A DNA stretch of 64,000 nucleotides from Planctomycetota bacterium (GCA_016872775.1 VGZA01000026.1:11821-75820), one strand, 5' to 3'. Positions 29,667 to 40,330 are shown, counted from the stretch's first letter. Made by a program: numbers and translations. The notes: a model not told the origin generated them from the sequence alone.

Positions 29667-30089
29667 TCAGGCAGGATCGTCAAAGTCGCCGAACTCTTGG
29701 GCCAGTCGTTGGGGCGAGGTGCCCAGCAGCGACGCGGCGTACTCCTCGTCGGAAAAGTAGGCGGTTCTTTCGCCGTCGGCTTGCATGCCCAGGTTGTGCA
29801 GCAGCCGTTCGGAATACTCGGGGGAGTAATGGTGCTGGAGTTGCTGCAGGAGTGTCTGGAATTCAGGTTGCTGGCAGGCCTGGCCGAGGGAAGGCCAGCG
29901 GGCGAGCAGGTGATTGGGGTTTTCCGCTAGGACGATTTGGCGGCAGAGTGCGGCGATGCGTGGCAGGCGCATGTGCGCGGCGAGTGCGCCGGCGAGCACC
30001 AGCAGTCGTCCGCGGACATAGGGCCGTTTGCGTTTTTCGCTGGCCCGCGCCAGATGCAGATAAATTCCCAGCAGCTCGATCGGTGGCAT
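29667..30089 (-). CDS. Hypothetical protein (140 aa).
   Basis: Track ORF with protein-like composition. It is divergent from the methyltransferase gene. Confidence 0.4.
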   Translation of the reverse strand: MPPIELLGIYLHLARASEKRKRPYVRGRLLVLAGALAAHMRLPRIAALCRQIVLAENPNHLLARWPSLGQACQQPEFQTLLQQLQHHYSPEYSERLLHNLGMQADGERTAYFSDEEYAASLLGTSPQRLAQEFGDFDDPA

Positions 30090-30187
30090 GACACTCTACC
30101 TTGCTTGCTTGTTCGCAACTCGATCATAATCCGTTTGTCGAAACGGCGGCAGCCAGGGCAGTTCAAACAGGTTGGTGGTGTTGTTGC

Positions 30188-31444
30188 ATGCCTGAAGGTT
30201 GGAGCATCGAGGAAGCAGAGTGGCTGACGGCGCAAGATTCGCAACCGTGGCTCGAACTTCTCGCCGAAACAACAACCGTACTTCCCAGCCTGGTCGCGCG
30301 GTTACGTCGCACGGTAGGGCCGGCTCGGACTGCCGCTCTGCTCGAGCTTTCCGAGGCGAGGCGGCGCGGGGCAGCGAAGTTTCCTCGGTCCGACGAGCTT
30401 TTCTTTACGCGCAAGGGCGTGGAGCAATCGACCGACGTCTGGATCGCGGCCTGGAAGGCGCGGCGGTTCCGCGACCGCTCGTCTACCGTCGACTTGGGGT
30501 GCGGGATCGGCGGCGATTTGATGGGGTTGGCGGCCCTTTCACCGACGCTTGGCGTCGATTCCGATCCCGTATCCGCGCATTTTGCCCGGTTCAATGCCAT
30601 GCGGATCGGATTGAAGGCGAGGTTGCGCACGGCGCAGGTCGAGGAATTGGATCCATGGGAGTTTGATGGCTGGCACTGCGATCCGGATCGGCGGGTGAAT
30701 GCCCGTCGTACGACCCGTCTGCAGTGGAGCGCTCCGTCGGATTTCTGGATTGACACCTGGCGTGCCGCGTTGCCGCACGGCGCGGTGAAGTTGGCGCCTG
30801 CGGCCGAGCTGCCGCCGAATTGGCATGGTGTCGAGCGGGAGTGGATCGAGAGTCGCGGTGAGTGCCGTCAACAAGTGGTCTGGTTCGGCGATCTGGCTTG
30901 GAATTCCGGACTGCATACGGCGACGATCGTGCCGGTGCAAGGTGAGCCGTGTAGTTTTTCGGGACTTCCCGATGAACATTCGGGTCGATCAATGGTGACC
31001 ACGGGACGCGAGGCGGCTTGCGGCCCCATGCCGAGGTACCTTTTTGAACCGGCGCCGTGCATCTTGGCGGCCGGGTTGACGCAGTCTTTCGCGCGCGATG
31101 TTGACTTGGAGTGGTTTGACCCCGCGCCGGTGATGCTCTGCGCCGACGCTCCTCGCAGGCATCCGTTGCTCCAGTCGTTTGAAGTGCTGGAGGCGCTCCC
31201 CTTCGACCGCAAGCGGCTGATCGAACTGCTGCGTCGACTGGACGGCGGAACGATCGAAGTCAAGACGCGGGGGGTGCGCGTCGATGCCATGCGGGCTCAG
31301 GAGATGCTGCGACCCGATGGCAGCCGCCCGCTTACCGTGTTACTGCTGCCGCGCGGCGGTTCGACCATAGCCGTCGTCGCGCGACGGCTCGACCTCCAAG
31401 CCGAAACCGGCGGCCTCCAACTCAATTCGAATCCAGGCCCGTGA
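30188..31444 (+). CDS. Class I SAM-dependent methyltransferase with a C-terminal extension (THUMP-like?).
   Basis: Motif [16 protein letters not shown] and an acidic [11 protein letters not shown] motif (the DPPY-type substrate loop of RNA/DNA methyltransferases) are present. Start chosen at ATG 30188 ([13 protein letters not shown]). The track ORF begins at an upstream TTG. Confidence 0.6.
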   Translation: MPEGWSIEEAEWLTAQDSQPWLELLAETTTVLPSLVARLRRTVGPARTAALLELSEARRRGAAKFPRSDELFFTRKGVEQSTDVWIAAWKARRFRDRSSTVDLGCGIGGDLMGLAALSPTLGVDSDPVSAHFARFNAMRIGLKARLRTAQVEELDPWEFDGWHCDPDRRVNARRTTRLQWSAPSDFWIDTWRAALPHGAVKLAPAAELPPNWHGVEREWIESRGECRQQVVWFGDLAWNSGLHTATIVPVQGEPCSFSGLPDEHSGRSMVTTGREAACGPMPRYLFEPAPCILAAGLTQSFARDVDLEWFDPAPVMLCADAPRRHPLLQSFEVLEALPFDRKRLIELLRRLDGGTIEVKTRGVRVDAMRAQEMLRPDGSRPLTVLLLPRGGSTIAVVARRLDLQAETGGLQLNSNPGP

Positions 31445-32789
31445 GCTTCTCCTCCGCCTGGTCGGCCTGGAACGCGATCGATGAAATCGTTCGGGAGACA
31501 TCCAGCACCGTGGCGGTATCGGCCATCTGATTCGCCTGGATCACCACCATGTCTCCCGACGGAGTACTCTGCACGGCAAACGCGCCGTGGACCAGTTGGG
31601 CATTGAGCTTCAGCAGCACCGTCGCGTTCTTTTCGTTCATGGGGCCGCATGTCGAGGAATACGACAGCAGCGGATGCCCCTGGGCGTCTTTCCCCGCGAA
31701 GCTCACTTCAACGGTCTGTTTGCGCAGGGCACCGATCGGTACCACGACGGCGAAGCTGTCGGCGGATTCCGTCAACTGCCAGCCCGACGACTGGGCTACA
31801 GCCCGCACCAACTGCCTGGGGTCGGCCGGCGTCAGTCCGCTCAGGTCCATCGGTCGCGCGGCGGCAGCCAAACCGCCCGCCACACCCGCAGCAGCGCCGG
31901 CAGCAGCGGCGCCCGCGGCGGGAGCCGCTGGTCGCGCGGTCTGTTGCATCGCTTGCTGGAGAATTCCCGGCATCAACATTCCGAAACCGGCGCCCATACC
32001 CATTCCCAGGGCGCCCGCGCCAAGTCCGCCGCCGCCTTGCTCGGCCATCTTGGACATGCTGTTGGCCGCCTGGAACATCGTGTAGGCGTGCAGATCGCCC
32101 ACGGCACCCATGCTGCTGCGGGCATCGATCGCCTTCTGCACTTCCTCTGGCGGCGTGATCGCGTTGATGAAGAAGTCGACCAGTTCCAATCCGTATTTGC
32201 CAAAATCATCGGCCAGCTTGACGCGCGTCGCCGAACCTAGTTCCTCGAACTTGGCCGGCAGATCGAGCATGCTGATGTTGGCGGTCCCCATCACATCGGT
32301 CATGCGCGAGACAATCTGATCCTTGAGATACGATGTGACATCGTCCGTCGTATATTTGCCCTGGGTACCGACCAGCGTGTTGATCAGAACTGCGGAATTC
32401 GTAACGCGAAACGAGAACTTGCCGAATCCGCGCAGCCGCACGATTCCAAAATCCTTGTCGCGCACGATGATCGGTTGCTTGGTGCCCCACTTCTGGTCGA
32501 GAAATGTCTGTTTGCCGACGAAATAGACTTGAGCCTGAAACGGCGACTTTTCCCAAGGGATCGTCAACAGCCTCGTCAGGACCGGCACGTTCAATGTCGA
32601 GAGGGTATGGCGGCCCGGCCCGAAGGTGTCCAGCGCCTTGCCGTCGCGGAAGAAAACGGCTTCCTGGTTTTCCTGGACAATCAATTGAGCGCCAAGTTTA
32701 ATGTCGGCCGAACCCTCGGGCGGAATGCGATGGACCAACGAACGATTCGACTCGTCAAAGAACTGTAAGACCTCGAGGCGAATACCCAT
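31422..32789 (-). CDS. SPFH/band-7-like domain protein with an Ala/Gly-rich linker and a distinct C-terminal domain.
   Basis: The ATG at 32789 follows [66 protein letters not shown] matches the SPFH-type (virion-core/band-7-like) fold. [19 protein letters not shown] forms a linker. The ~130-aa C-terminal domain may be YbjN-like. Confidence 0.65.
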   Translation of the reverse strand: MGIRLEVLQFFDESNRSLVHRIPPEGSADIKLGAQLIVQENQEAVFFRDGKALDTFGPGRHTLSTLNVPVLTRLLTIPWEKSPFQAQVYFVGKQTFLDQKWGTKQPIIVRDKDFGIVRLRGFGKFSFRVTNSAVLINTLVGTQGKYTTDDVTSYLKDQIVSRMTDVMGTANISMLDLPAKFEELGSATRVKLADDFGKYGLELVDFFINAITPPEEVQKAIDARSSMGAVGDLHAYTMFQAANSMSKMAEQGGGGLGAGALGMGMGAGFGMLMPGILQQAMQQTARPAAPAAGAAAAGAAAGVAGGLAAAARPMDLSGLTPADPRQLVRAVAQSSGWQLTESADSFAVVVPIGALRKQTVEVSFAGKDAQGHPLLSYSSTCGPMNEKNATVLLKLNAQLVHGAFAVQSTPSGDMVVIQANQMADTATVLDVSRTISSIAFQADQAEEKLTGLDSN

Positions 32790-32859
32790 GCTGTTTTTTC
32801 CTTGTGCGATTGCAATGAGTGCGGGACAAACCGTGTTGGTCAGCGACAACGCGAAAAAG

Positions 32860-33414
32860 CTAGCTCGAGGAAAGTCCTCGCAGGATTTCCGCACGCTTGC
32901 CGAATTCAGAATCCACTTTATCGACGTGGGTCAACATTTCACTGGCAGCCTGCGGATTGCTCGACGCAGGACGCTCCAGCGCTTCCGCCAACCCGCGCAC
33001 CGACTCCATCAAAGTCATGTCGGCCTGATAAACCTGCCCCAACACGTCCTCGGTGACCTTGACGTAATCAAAGAAACCGCTGTACCCACGCTCGGCCGAC
33101 CGGATTTTGTTGATCAGGCCATCCAGTCTCGATCGGACGCGTTCCCAAGGTGGCAGGGCGTCCAACTGCGCGGCATCGGCAAGCTGTCGCAGAGTATTGT
33201 CGAGCCCCTTTTTTGCCTGCTGCAGTCGATCGGCCATCCACTTGCGCGCCAGAAAATCGCTTTCGCGACGTTCCTCGCGCTCCAGGTACCCGCTGAATCC
33301 CGGAATCCAGTTCGCGATTGTTTCCAACCAACCCTTGTTCTGTCCATGTCGACTCGGGTCAATCATCGTCGGAAATCCTGCCCTTGCATTTGCGCTCCCC
33401 TCAAAAAACTCCAT
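32860..33414 (-). CDS. Hypothetical coiled-coil protein upstream of and co-oriented with the SPFH gene.
   Basis: The 184-aa track ORF lies 70 nt upstream of the SPFH gene start. Confidence 0.45.
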   Translation of the reverse strand: MEFFEGSANARAGFPTMIDPSRHGQNKGWLETIANWIPGFSGYLEREERRESDFLARKWMADRLQQAKKGLDNTLRQLADAAQLDALPPWERVRSRLDGLINKIRSAERGYSGFFDYVKVTEDVLGQVYQADMTLMESVRGLAEALERPASSNPQAASEMLTHVDKVDSEFGKRAEILRGLSSS

Positions 33415-33604
33415 GGCATTAATCTAGATGTTTACCGTCCATGCCGCTAGCTGCTCGCAAAATCTGTTCCCGGGAACCGGCCCAGGACCGTCCACCCGTC
33501 CGTCGGTCCCGGCCCGCACGTCCAAGGTGATTGGTTTCGTCTGGCGGCGGCGGGGCGGTTCTGCTATTGTCCCGCGTTCCGTTATTTCCGGAAGCGCCTT
33601 ATCC

Positions 33605-34303
33605 ATGACTACATTTCGCTCGTCGATCCCTGTTCTTTATCTCTGTCTGGCGTCCGTCATCAGTGCCGGCTGCGCAGGGATGCCGCTGGCCTCATGGAAC
33701 CCGTACTATCGGAACCAATGGGAACACGACGAAAAGATCGCTCCGACGTACCATGCCAAGATCCGGGATCTGGTCGCTATTCGTTCGGCAGCGCCCCAAA
33801 TGACAGCCGCCGAGCAGGAAGATCATTCGCAAAAGCTGTTGGTCATTTATCGAGAAGACCGCAACACGCAGATTGCCGCTCACGCGATCGCGGCTCTGGC
33901 GGAATTTCCCACGGCGGCTTCGCTGGAAGGCCTGCGCCTGGCGGTCGAGCATGCGGATCAGGAGGTACGTATGGCAGGCTGTCGCGGCTGGGGCAGAAAG
34001 CAATCGCCCGAAGCGTTGGACACTTTGGCGCGTATTCTTGGCTCCGACTCCGATCTGGACGTGCGGCTCGCTGCCGCCGACGAACTGAAAGCTTATCGCG
34101 ACCCCAAAGCGTTGCAGGCGTTGGGCTTAGTACTCGGTGAAAATAACCCGGCATTGCAATACCGGGCGATCGCGTCGCTGAAACAGAATACGGGCCGCGA
34201 TCTGGGTAACAACGTCGACGCCTGGCGGCAGTCGCTGCAGGACGGCAATCTGGCACCAGCACAGAATGAAAACGTGGTCCAGAAACTCCGCTCCTGGTTC
34301 TAA
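33605..34303 (+). CDS. HEAT-repeat (PBS-lyase-like) lipoprotein.
   Basis: The ATG at 33605 gives MTTFRSSIPVLYLCLASVISAGC, a lipobox. Repeated A.ALAEF...LR.A.EH.D..VR.AAA.EL.AYRDPKALQAL helices are HEAT-like. Confidence 0.6.
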   Translation: MTTFRSSIPVLYLCLASVISAGCAGMPLASWNPYYRNQWEHDEKIAPTYHAKIRDLVAIRSAAPQMTAAEQEDHSQKLLVIYREDRNTQIAAHAIAALAEFPTAASLEGLRLAVEHADQEVRMAGCRGWGRKQSPEALDTLARILGSDSDLDVRLAAADELKAYRDPKALQALGLVLGENNPALQYRAIASLKQNTGRDLGNNVDAWRQSLQDGNLAPAQNENVVQKLRSWF

Positions 34304-34493
34304 CAGCATGGATCCCAAGGCCCCTATAGCCCACCCAGGCCGCAAACTCCTACAGGATTTGCCAATGGGAACTTGCTGAGTACAGGTTCACGCCTCGACG
34401 GGAAATTCCGATAGTGCTTGATGCACTTTCCCTGGGAAGGTCGTTCGCCATTTCCTGCAAGCTGTCGCCAAGTACTGGATAAGGGAGTTCCGC

Positions 34494-35807
34494 ATGCTTC
34501 GTCGGAGTCTGTCGATCTGCGCCGTAATGGCGGCTTTGGTCCATGCCGGGTGGTCAGCTACGGCCGACGCAGAACAGGGCCGCGGTGCATCGTCTCGCAT
34601 TGGACGCCCCCTAAGCGATCCCGCGACGGTCGCAGTGCCGGAGGCGGTGCCGGACGAGGCGACGATCAATACCGACGCGCAAACGCCTCCCGATTTGCCC
34701 GGCACGACTGCGCCGGGTACGCAGCCAGCTTCGCCCGATTCCGGCACAACCGCTTCCCCCCCCACAAGCTCGTCCGCCGAGGAACAGTTCAGTCCATCGA
34801 TGCTGGCACTTCGGTCCAAAGTGCGCAAGTGCCTTTCGACCTACTATCACGAACCGATACAGGTCGCTGATCACAGCCCCTGGGGCATTATGCACGCATT
34901 GATTGCCTATGGAGTGGATACCGAAATCCTCTCCAATGGGCGGAACGTGAATGCAGTCGGGCATCTTTGCTTCAATCAGCCTGGCCGCGGCATGCAGTTG
35001 ATGACGTTGAACAAGCAGCGAATCGAGGTCAGGATCGGGCCGGGCTACCAGGGCCATTCCGGACAATTCCTCGCGATGCTGGCCCAATCGAAAGTCAGAA
35101 CCGATTATCCGATTCGAATCGAAGGGCACGAATTCACGGTTGCCGACTTGATTGAATCGGAAAAGCTCGGCTGCCGAACGCGCACCGAATTGACGTTCAA
35201 GTTGATCGGATTGTCGCACTACCTGCCGCTTGACGCCCAGTGGAAAAATGACCTGGGAGAACCCTGGAGTATTTCCCGGCTGATCAAGGAGGAGTTGGCT
35301 CAAAATGTGGTCGGCTCTGCCTGCGGTGGAACGCATCGAATGACGGGATTCAGCTACGCGGTAAACAAGACGATCAAGCTGGGCGGCGAGTTCGAAGGTC
35401 AGTTCTTGCGAGCGAAAAAGTTCGTCGACAGCTACCACGAGTACATTTTCAAGCTGCAGAACGCGGACGGCAGTTTCAGCACGAATTGGTTTGAAGGTCG
35501 CGGCGAGGCGCCCGAGGCGAAACGCCGCGTGGAGACTACCGGGCATATGTTGGAATGGCTGGTCTGTTCGCTTGCGGCCGACGAATTACAGGATCCACGC
35601 GTCGTCAAATCGGTAGATTACCTTTCCGGTCTGCTGTTGCAGTTGGCGAAGCAGAAACAGACGGTCGAAATCGGGCCTCGCGGCCACGCGATACACGGCC
35701 TGGCAATCTACGCCGACCGGGTCTTTGGCGACCGTCCCGGCGAACGCGATACCGTCCTGGCGCGGAAAGCCGCAACCAAAAGCGACTCCCCACCGGCCAA
35801 ACGTTAA
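34494..35807 (+). CDS. Secreted hypothetical protein (437 aa).
   Basis: AAGGGAG RBS. The signal peptide MLRRSLSICAVMAALVHAGWSATADA is followed by a P/T/S-rich linker. Confidence 0.55.
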   Translation: MLRRSLSICAVMAALVHAGWSATADAEQGRGASSRIGRPLSDPATVAVPEAVPDEATINTDAQTPPDLPGTTAPGTQPASPDSGTTASPPTSSSAEEQFSPSMLALRSKVRKCLSTYYHEPIQVADHSPWGIMHALIAYGVDTEILSNGRNVNAVGHLCFNQPGRGMQLMTLNKQRIEVRIGPGYQGHSGQFLAMLAQSKVRTDYPIRIEGHEFTVADLIESEKLGCRTRTELTFKLIGLSHYLPLDAQWKNDLGEPWSISRLIKEELAQNVVGSACGGTHRMTGFSYAVNKTIKLGGEFEGQFLRAKKFVDSYHEYIFKLQNADGSFSTNWFEGRGEAPEAKRRVETTGHMLEWLVCSLAADELQDPRVVKSVDYLSGLLLQLAKQKQTVEIGPRGHAIHGLAIYADRVFGDRPGERDTVLARKAATKSDSPPAKR

Positions 35808-35816
35808 GGTAATTCT

Positions 35817-35872
35817 TAGGACGGACATCCTGTTCGTCCGGGAAGGCTTAGACGGACAGGATGTCCGTCCTA
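35817..35872. repeat. 17-bp perfect inverted repeat TAGGACGGACATCCTGT ... ACAGGATGTCCGTCCTA with a 22-nt spacer, containing the inner hairpin GACGGAC-AGGAT-GTCCGTC.
   Basis: Read directly. It sits 3' of the secreted-protein gene and 5' of guaA. Confidence 0.6.
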
Positions 35873-35966
35873 CATAAAAAGGGGCACTGGTTCTGTCCGT
35901 CCATCGACCCTATAATCTTCAGGCTTAACTTCCCGCTGTTTTCCGCAGCGGGCTTTTTGTTTACGG

Positions 35967-37553
35967 ATGACAAAACGCGATATGAGCCATTCCGGGAAAA
36001 CGTCCTCACGCGCGGCGGACGAACGGGTTCTGATCCTTGACTTCGGTTCGCAATACGCTCAGCTGATCGCTCGCCGGGTTCGAGAGCAGCATGTCTATTG
36101 CGAAATCGTACGGCATGACATCACCGCTGAGCAAGTCAGACGCCATCATCCCGCCGGGTTAATCCTGTCGGGTGGGCCGTCCAGCGTTTACGACGCGAAC
36201 GCTCCGCGCTGCGACGCGGAAATGTTCCGACTGGGCATTCCGGTGCTCGGCATCTGCTACGGGATGCAGCTCGCTTGTGAGATTCTGGGCGGCAAGGTCG
36301 AGAGCGCTCCAGCGCGCGAGTACGGTCGAGCTCATTGCACGATCACCGACACCACCGACCTTTTCGCCGGAATTCCCGGTGAGATGGATGTCTGGATGAG
36401 CCATGGCGACCAGGTGGCACGAGTGCACGACGATTTCGTTCCGTTGGCCCGTACCCGTACCTGTCCGATCACGGCGGTACGTCATCGGCGGATGCCTGTC
36501 TACTGCATACAGTTCCATCCGGAAGTGACCCACACGCCTCTGGGCGGAACCATCCTGCACAATTTTCTCACCTTGATCTGCGGCTGTGCCGGCAAGTGGC
36601 GTCTCGGCGAATTTGCGCAAGAGACGATCGGCCTGCTTCGTGAACGGGTAGGCGCCGGACGTGTCATCTGCGGGTTGTCGGGCGGGGTCGATTCGTCGGT
36701 GACCGCCGCGCTGCTCTATCAGGCGCTCGGATCTCGCTTGTCGTGCATTCTGGTCGACAACGGGTTGCTGCGCAAGGACGAGGAAGCGTCGGTGATTTCC
36801 GAGTTCAGTAACCACTTTCAAACCGACCTGCACGTGGTGAAAGCCGAGCAGCGGTTTCTCGACGCCTTGCGTGGAATTCGCGATCCCCAGGAAAAGCGAA
36901 AAAGAATCGGCCACGCGTTCATCGACTGTTTCAAGGAAGAGGCCGCCAAGATCGGCGACGCAAAATTCCTGGCCCAAGGCACGCTTTACCCCGATGTGAT
37001 TGAAAGCGGTGCCGCGCCCGACGGGCCGGCCGCGACGATCAAGTTGCATCACAACGTCGGCGGACTGCCGGACGAGTTGGGATTTGAACTGATCGAACCG
37101 CTGCGGGACCTGTTCAAGGACGAAGTCCGCCGGCTTGGTTCCGAATTGGGACTGCCGGACGACCTGGTCTGGCGACATCCGTTTCCCGGTCCCGGCCTGG
37201 CGGTGCGCTGCCTGGGCGAGGTCACCCATGAGCGGCTGGCGGTCCTGCGGGAGGCGGACGCGATCTGTGTCGCCGAGATCAAAGCCGCGGGACTCTACCG
37301 GCAAACTTCGCAGGCGTTTGCGGTCCTGCTGCCCGTGCAGAGCGTCGGAGTGATGGGGGATGCGAGGACCTACGAGGACGCGGTAGCGATCCGCTGCGTC
37401 AACACGGACGATTTTATGACCGCCGATTGGACCCGGCTGCCCTACGAAGTCCTGGCGCAAATCTCCACGCGGATTATCAACGAAGTCAAGGGAGTGAATC
37501 GCGTCTGCTACGATATCAGCAGCAAGCCGCCGGCGACCATCGAATGGGAATGA
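35967..37553 (+). CDS. guaA: GMP synthase (glutamine-hydrolysing).
   Basis: The GATase domain (GICYGMQL, catalytic Cys) and the ATP-PPase SGGVDSSV motif are present. Length 528 aa. Confidence 0.95.
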   Translation: MTKRDMSHSGKTSSRAADERVLILDFGSQYAQLIARRVREQHVYCEIVRHDITAEQVRRHHPAGLILSGGPSSVYDANAPRCDAEMFRLGIPVLGICYGMQLACEILGGKVESAPAREYGRAHCTITDTTDLFAGIPGEMDVWMSHGDQVARVHDDFVPLARTRTCPITAVRHRRMPVYCIQFHPEVTHTPLGGTILHNFLTLICGCAGKWRLGEFAQETIGLLRERVGAGRVICGLSGGVDSSVTAALLYQALGSRLSCILVDNGLLRKDEEASVISEFSNHFQTDLHVVKAEQRFLDALRGIRDPQEKRKRIGHAFIDCFKEEAAKIGDAKFLAQGTLYPDVIESGAAPDGPAATIKLHHNVGGLPDELGFELIEPLRDLFKDEVRRLGSELGLPDDLVWRHPFPGPGLAVRCLGEVTHERLAVLREADAICVAEIKAAGLYRQTSQAFAVLLPVQSVGVMGDARTYEDAVAIRCVNTDDFMTADWTRLPYEVLAQISTRIINEVKGVNRVCYDISSKPPATIEWE

Positions 37554-37930
37554 GATGTTTGCCCGGCGCAAAAAAAGAGCCCCGCTGCTGGGAACAACGG
37601 GGCTCGGGGCGGGAGTCGACCCCCGGATTCCCTGCAGGTGGGTCGAGCACGAGAGAGTGGAGGTAATGCTCGGAGCGGGAATCAGGCGGCTGGCAGGCAA
37701 TGGGCAGGCGGTGACCATGTGCAGGGTCTGGTTTTGGACACGATTCACCTTTTCCAAGTCATCGGCCGGCAATGCTGGAATCCTTGATGTCGGCTGTCCT
37801 GGACGGCACGTCTTTGGCAGTTTGTCGAATCGTCAGAATCGGCACTCTTTCGCGGACCTGGCACGATCGGGCCGTTGCGGACCGCGGATTTGACGGGCCG
37901 CGAGACAACTTGAAATTCCTCGGAAAGACC

Positions 37931-39613
37931 ATGATGGCTCAACAATATATCTTCACGATGGAGCGGCTGACCAAGAAACATGGTCCCCGCGAGGTCCTTA
38001 AGGAAATCTGGCTGGCATTTTATCCCGGCGCCAAAATTGGCGTGCTGGGACGGAATGGCGCCGGCAAAAGTACGTTGCTGCGGATCATGGCGGGCACCGA
38101 CCGCGACTTCGACGGAACGGCGCGGCTCAGCGACGGATTCTCGTCCGGCTACCTTCCCCAGGAACCGCAGTTGAATCCGGAACGGGACGTCTGGGGCAAC
38201 ATCGCCGAAGCGGTCGAGCCCCGTCGACGAATGCTCGACCGATACAATGAAATCAGCGCCCGGCTCGGGGACCCTCTGGACGAATCCGAAATGCAGAAAC
38301 TGTGCGACGAACTGGCGCGTCTGCAAGATCGGATCGAGGCCGACAATACCTGGAATCTGGATCATGAATTGGAAGTCGCGATGGACGTGATGAACTTGCC
38401 CGAACGGGACGCCGATGTCACGCGGCTGTCGGGAGGGGAACGTCGACGCGTCGCGCTTTGTAAATTGCTCCTGCAACGCCCCGACATGCTTTTGCTGGAT
38501 GAACCGACCAACCACCTCGACGCCGAAGCGGTCGCATGGCTCGAACGGCACCTCGCCGAGTACCATGGAACGATCGTCGCGATCACCCATGACCGTTACT
38601 TCCTCGATAATGTCGCCAAGTGGATCCTGGAACTCGATCGCGGCCAAGGCATTCCTTGGGAAGGGAACTATTCTTCGTGGCTCGAACAGAAACAGGCCCG
38701 CCTGCAGCGCGAGGAAAAATCGCAGGAAGCGCGGCAAAAAACCCTGGCACGCGAACTGGAGTGGGTCCGCATGTCGCCGCGCGCCCGGCAGTCAAAAAGC
38801 AAGGCACGCATCAAGGCCTACGAACAGATGGCGTCCGAGCGATTCGAGGAACGGCCGGACGAATTCGAATTACAGATTCCACCGGGAAAACACCTGGGCG
38901 AACTGGTGATCGACGCGGACGGAATTAGCAAAGCGTATGGCGATCGGTTGTTGTTCGAGAATCTCAGTTTTCGATTGCCGGCCGGCGGAATCGTTGGCGT
39001 GATTGGACCCAACGGAGCAGGAAAGACAACTTTGTTCCGCATGTTTGTGGGTGAGGAACGCCCCGACGACGGTCAACTGCGCCTGGGTGAAACCGTGGAA
39101 TTGGGCTATGTCGACCAGAACCGCGACGCCTTGTCGCCGGAGAAAACGGTCTACGAGGAGATTTCGGGCGGAAACGACCTGCTGGAAATGGGCGGCAGGA
39201 AGATCCATGCCCGGGCCTACGTATCGCGCTTCAATTTCCGCGGACCCGACCAGGAGAAAAAAGTCGGCCAGCTTTCCGGAGGAGAACGCAATCGCGTGCA
39301 TCTCGCTAAACTGCTGCGCCGTGGTTCGAACGTACTGCTGCTGGATGAACCAACGAACGATCTCGATGTCGATACCCTGCGGGCACTTGAAGAGGCGATC
39401 TTGAACTACGTCGGCTGCGTGGTCGTGATTACGCACGATCGCTGGTTCCTCGATCGTATCGCCACCCATATTCTCGCCTTTGAGGGCGACGCTTATGTGC
39501 ATTGGTGCGAGGGCAATTTCCAGACCTACGAGGAACAACGCCGCGCCCGGCTGGGCATCGCCGTCGACGAGCCCCAGCGGTTTCGATACAAACGATTACA
39601 GAAACGATCATAA
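37931..39613 (+). CDS. ettA: Energy-dependent translational throttle protein EttA (ABC-F ATPase).
   Basis: MMAQQYIFTMERLTKKHG starts the protein. Two ABC cassettes are present (GRNGAGKST and GPNGAGKTT). The ABC signature LSGGERRRVALCKLL is seen in cassette 1, and LSGGERNRVHLAKLL in cassette 2. Length 560 aa. Confidence 0.9.
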   Translation: MMAQQYIFTMERLTKKHGPREVLKEIWLAFYPGAKIGVLGRNGAGKSTLLRIMAGTDRDFDGTARLSDGFSSGYLPQEPQLNPERDVWGNIAEAVEPRRRMLDRYNEISARLGDPLDESEMQKLCDELARLQDRIEADNTWNLDHELEVAMDVMNLPERDADVTRLSGGERRRVALCKLLLQRPDMLLLDEPTNHLDAEAVAWLERHLAEYHGTIVAITHDRYFLDNVAKWILELDRGQGIPWEGNYSSWLEQKQARLQREEKSQEARQKTLARELEWVRMSPRARQSKSKARIKAYEQMASERFEERPDEFELQIPPGKHLGELVIDADGISKAYGDRLLFENLSFRLPAGGIVGVIGPNGAGKTTLFRMFVGEERPDDGQLRLGETVELGYVDQNRDALSPEKTVYEEISGGNDLLEMGGRKIHARAYVSRFNFRGPDQEKKVGQLSGGERNRVHLAKLLRRGSNVLLLDEPTNDLDVDTLRALEEAILNYVGCVVVITHDRWFLDRIATHILAFEGDAYVHWCEGNFQTYEEQRRARLGIAVDEPQRFRYKRLQKRS

Positions 39614-39696
39614 TCTGGGCGCCTGCCGGCATTGGTGGTCAATGTTCCCGTGGCAGGCGACTCAACCGCGATCCGAATCCCAAGGAGTGATATGCG

Positions 39697-39936
39697 ATGA
39701 CCGTCCTGAATTCCGGAGCCACCCGGGAATATTCCGACAACTTCGCGCGAGCCTTCGGCGCCAAGTCTGCTGGATTGAAAAGTGTAACCGCCAAGGCAGC
39801 CAACACCAGGACCACCAAAGCCAATAAGGTCGCCAAAGCCGGTTCCGCAAAAAAGTCGAAAACGGCAAGCCCTGCTGGAACCCGAACGGCGTCCAGGAAG
39901 TCTCCCTCTGGAAAAAAATCGGCACGCAAGGCCTGA
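39697..39936 (+). CDS. Lysine/alanine-rich histone H1-like small basic protein.
   Basis: AAGGAG is 9 nt upstream. The C-terminus ...KANKVAKAGSAKKSKTASPAGTRTASRKSPSGKKSARKA is lysine/alanine-rich. Confidence 0.5.
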   Translation: MTVLNSGATREYSDNFARAFGAKSAGLKSVTAKAANTRTTKANKVAKAGSAKKSKTASPAGTRTASRKSPSGKKSARKA

Positions 39937-40001
39937 GAACAGTCCCGCGTTTATTGCCCGTCGATGTAACTCGAAGTTTAATCCTCGCTGGAGCCACCCC
40001 G

Positions 40002-40238
40002 ATGCGCGTCCATCTCAAATACTGTGCAGCTTGAGGCTACGAACGGCAAGCGGTCAGTTTGACCGCCCGCATTCTTACCGAGTTCAAGCAGCAAATCACC
40101 AGTTTCGAACTCGAACCGTCCCGCGGCGGTTGTTTCGAACTCACCGTCAATAACGGCCTGGTCTATTCCAAGCTGGCGACGGGGCAGTTCCCAGACGAGG
40201 AGGAAATGGTCGCTGCCGTTCGCAATCGAATGAAGTGA
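40002..40238 (+). CDS. selW: SelW/Rdx-family selenoprotein (78 aa) with an in-frame UGA (Sec) at 40032..40034.
   Basis: GGAG lies 9 nt upstream of the ATG. Translation reads MRVHLKYCAA-U-GYERQAVSLTARILTEFKQQITSFELEPSRGGCFELTVNNGLVYSKLATGQFPDEEEMVAAVRNRMK*. The Y-C-x-x-U-G-Y redox motif and the GG.FE..VNG.L.(W)SK...G.FP tail match SelW-like proteins. The ORF track misses it because of the TGA. Confidence 0.7.
40050..40066 (+). other. SECIS-like hairpin GCGGTCA-GUU-UGACCGC, 16 nt 3' of the UGA.
   Basis: A perfect 7-bp stem is read directly. The apical loop contains G and U, and the position fits bacterial SECIS spacing. Confidence 0.45.
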
Positions 40239-40330
40239 AGATCGACGACGTGTCGATCGCAAAACTGGATCAGAATATGGAACATGACGCAAGGCAGAAA
40301 GGTGTGGGGCATGGTGGGTCCTGCGTGTAG

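Noticed and set aside
36159-37772. 537-aa minus-strand ORF.
   Set aside because: It is antisense to guaA, and similarly for 37745..38737 (antisense to ettA), 24335..25216 (antisense to dnaA), 15125..16210 (antisense to the Trx-NHL gene) and 22297..23310 (antisense to the ACAD gene).
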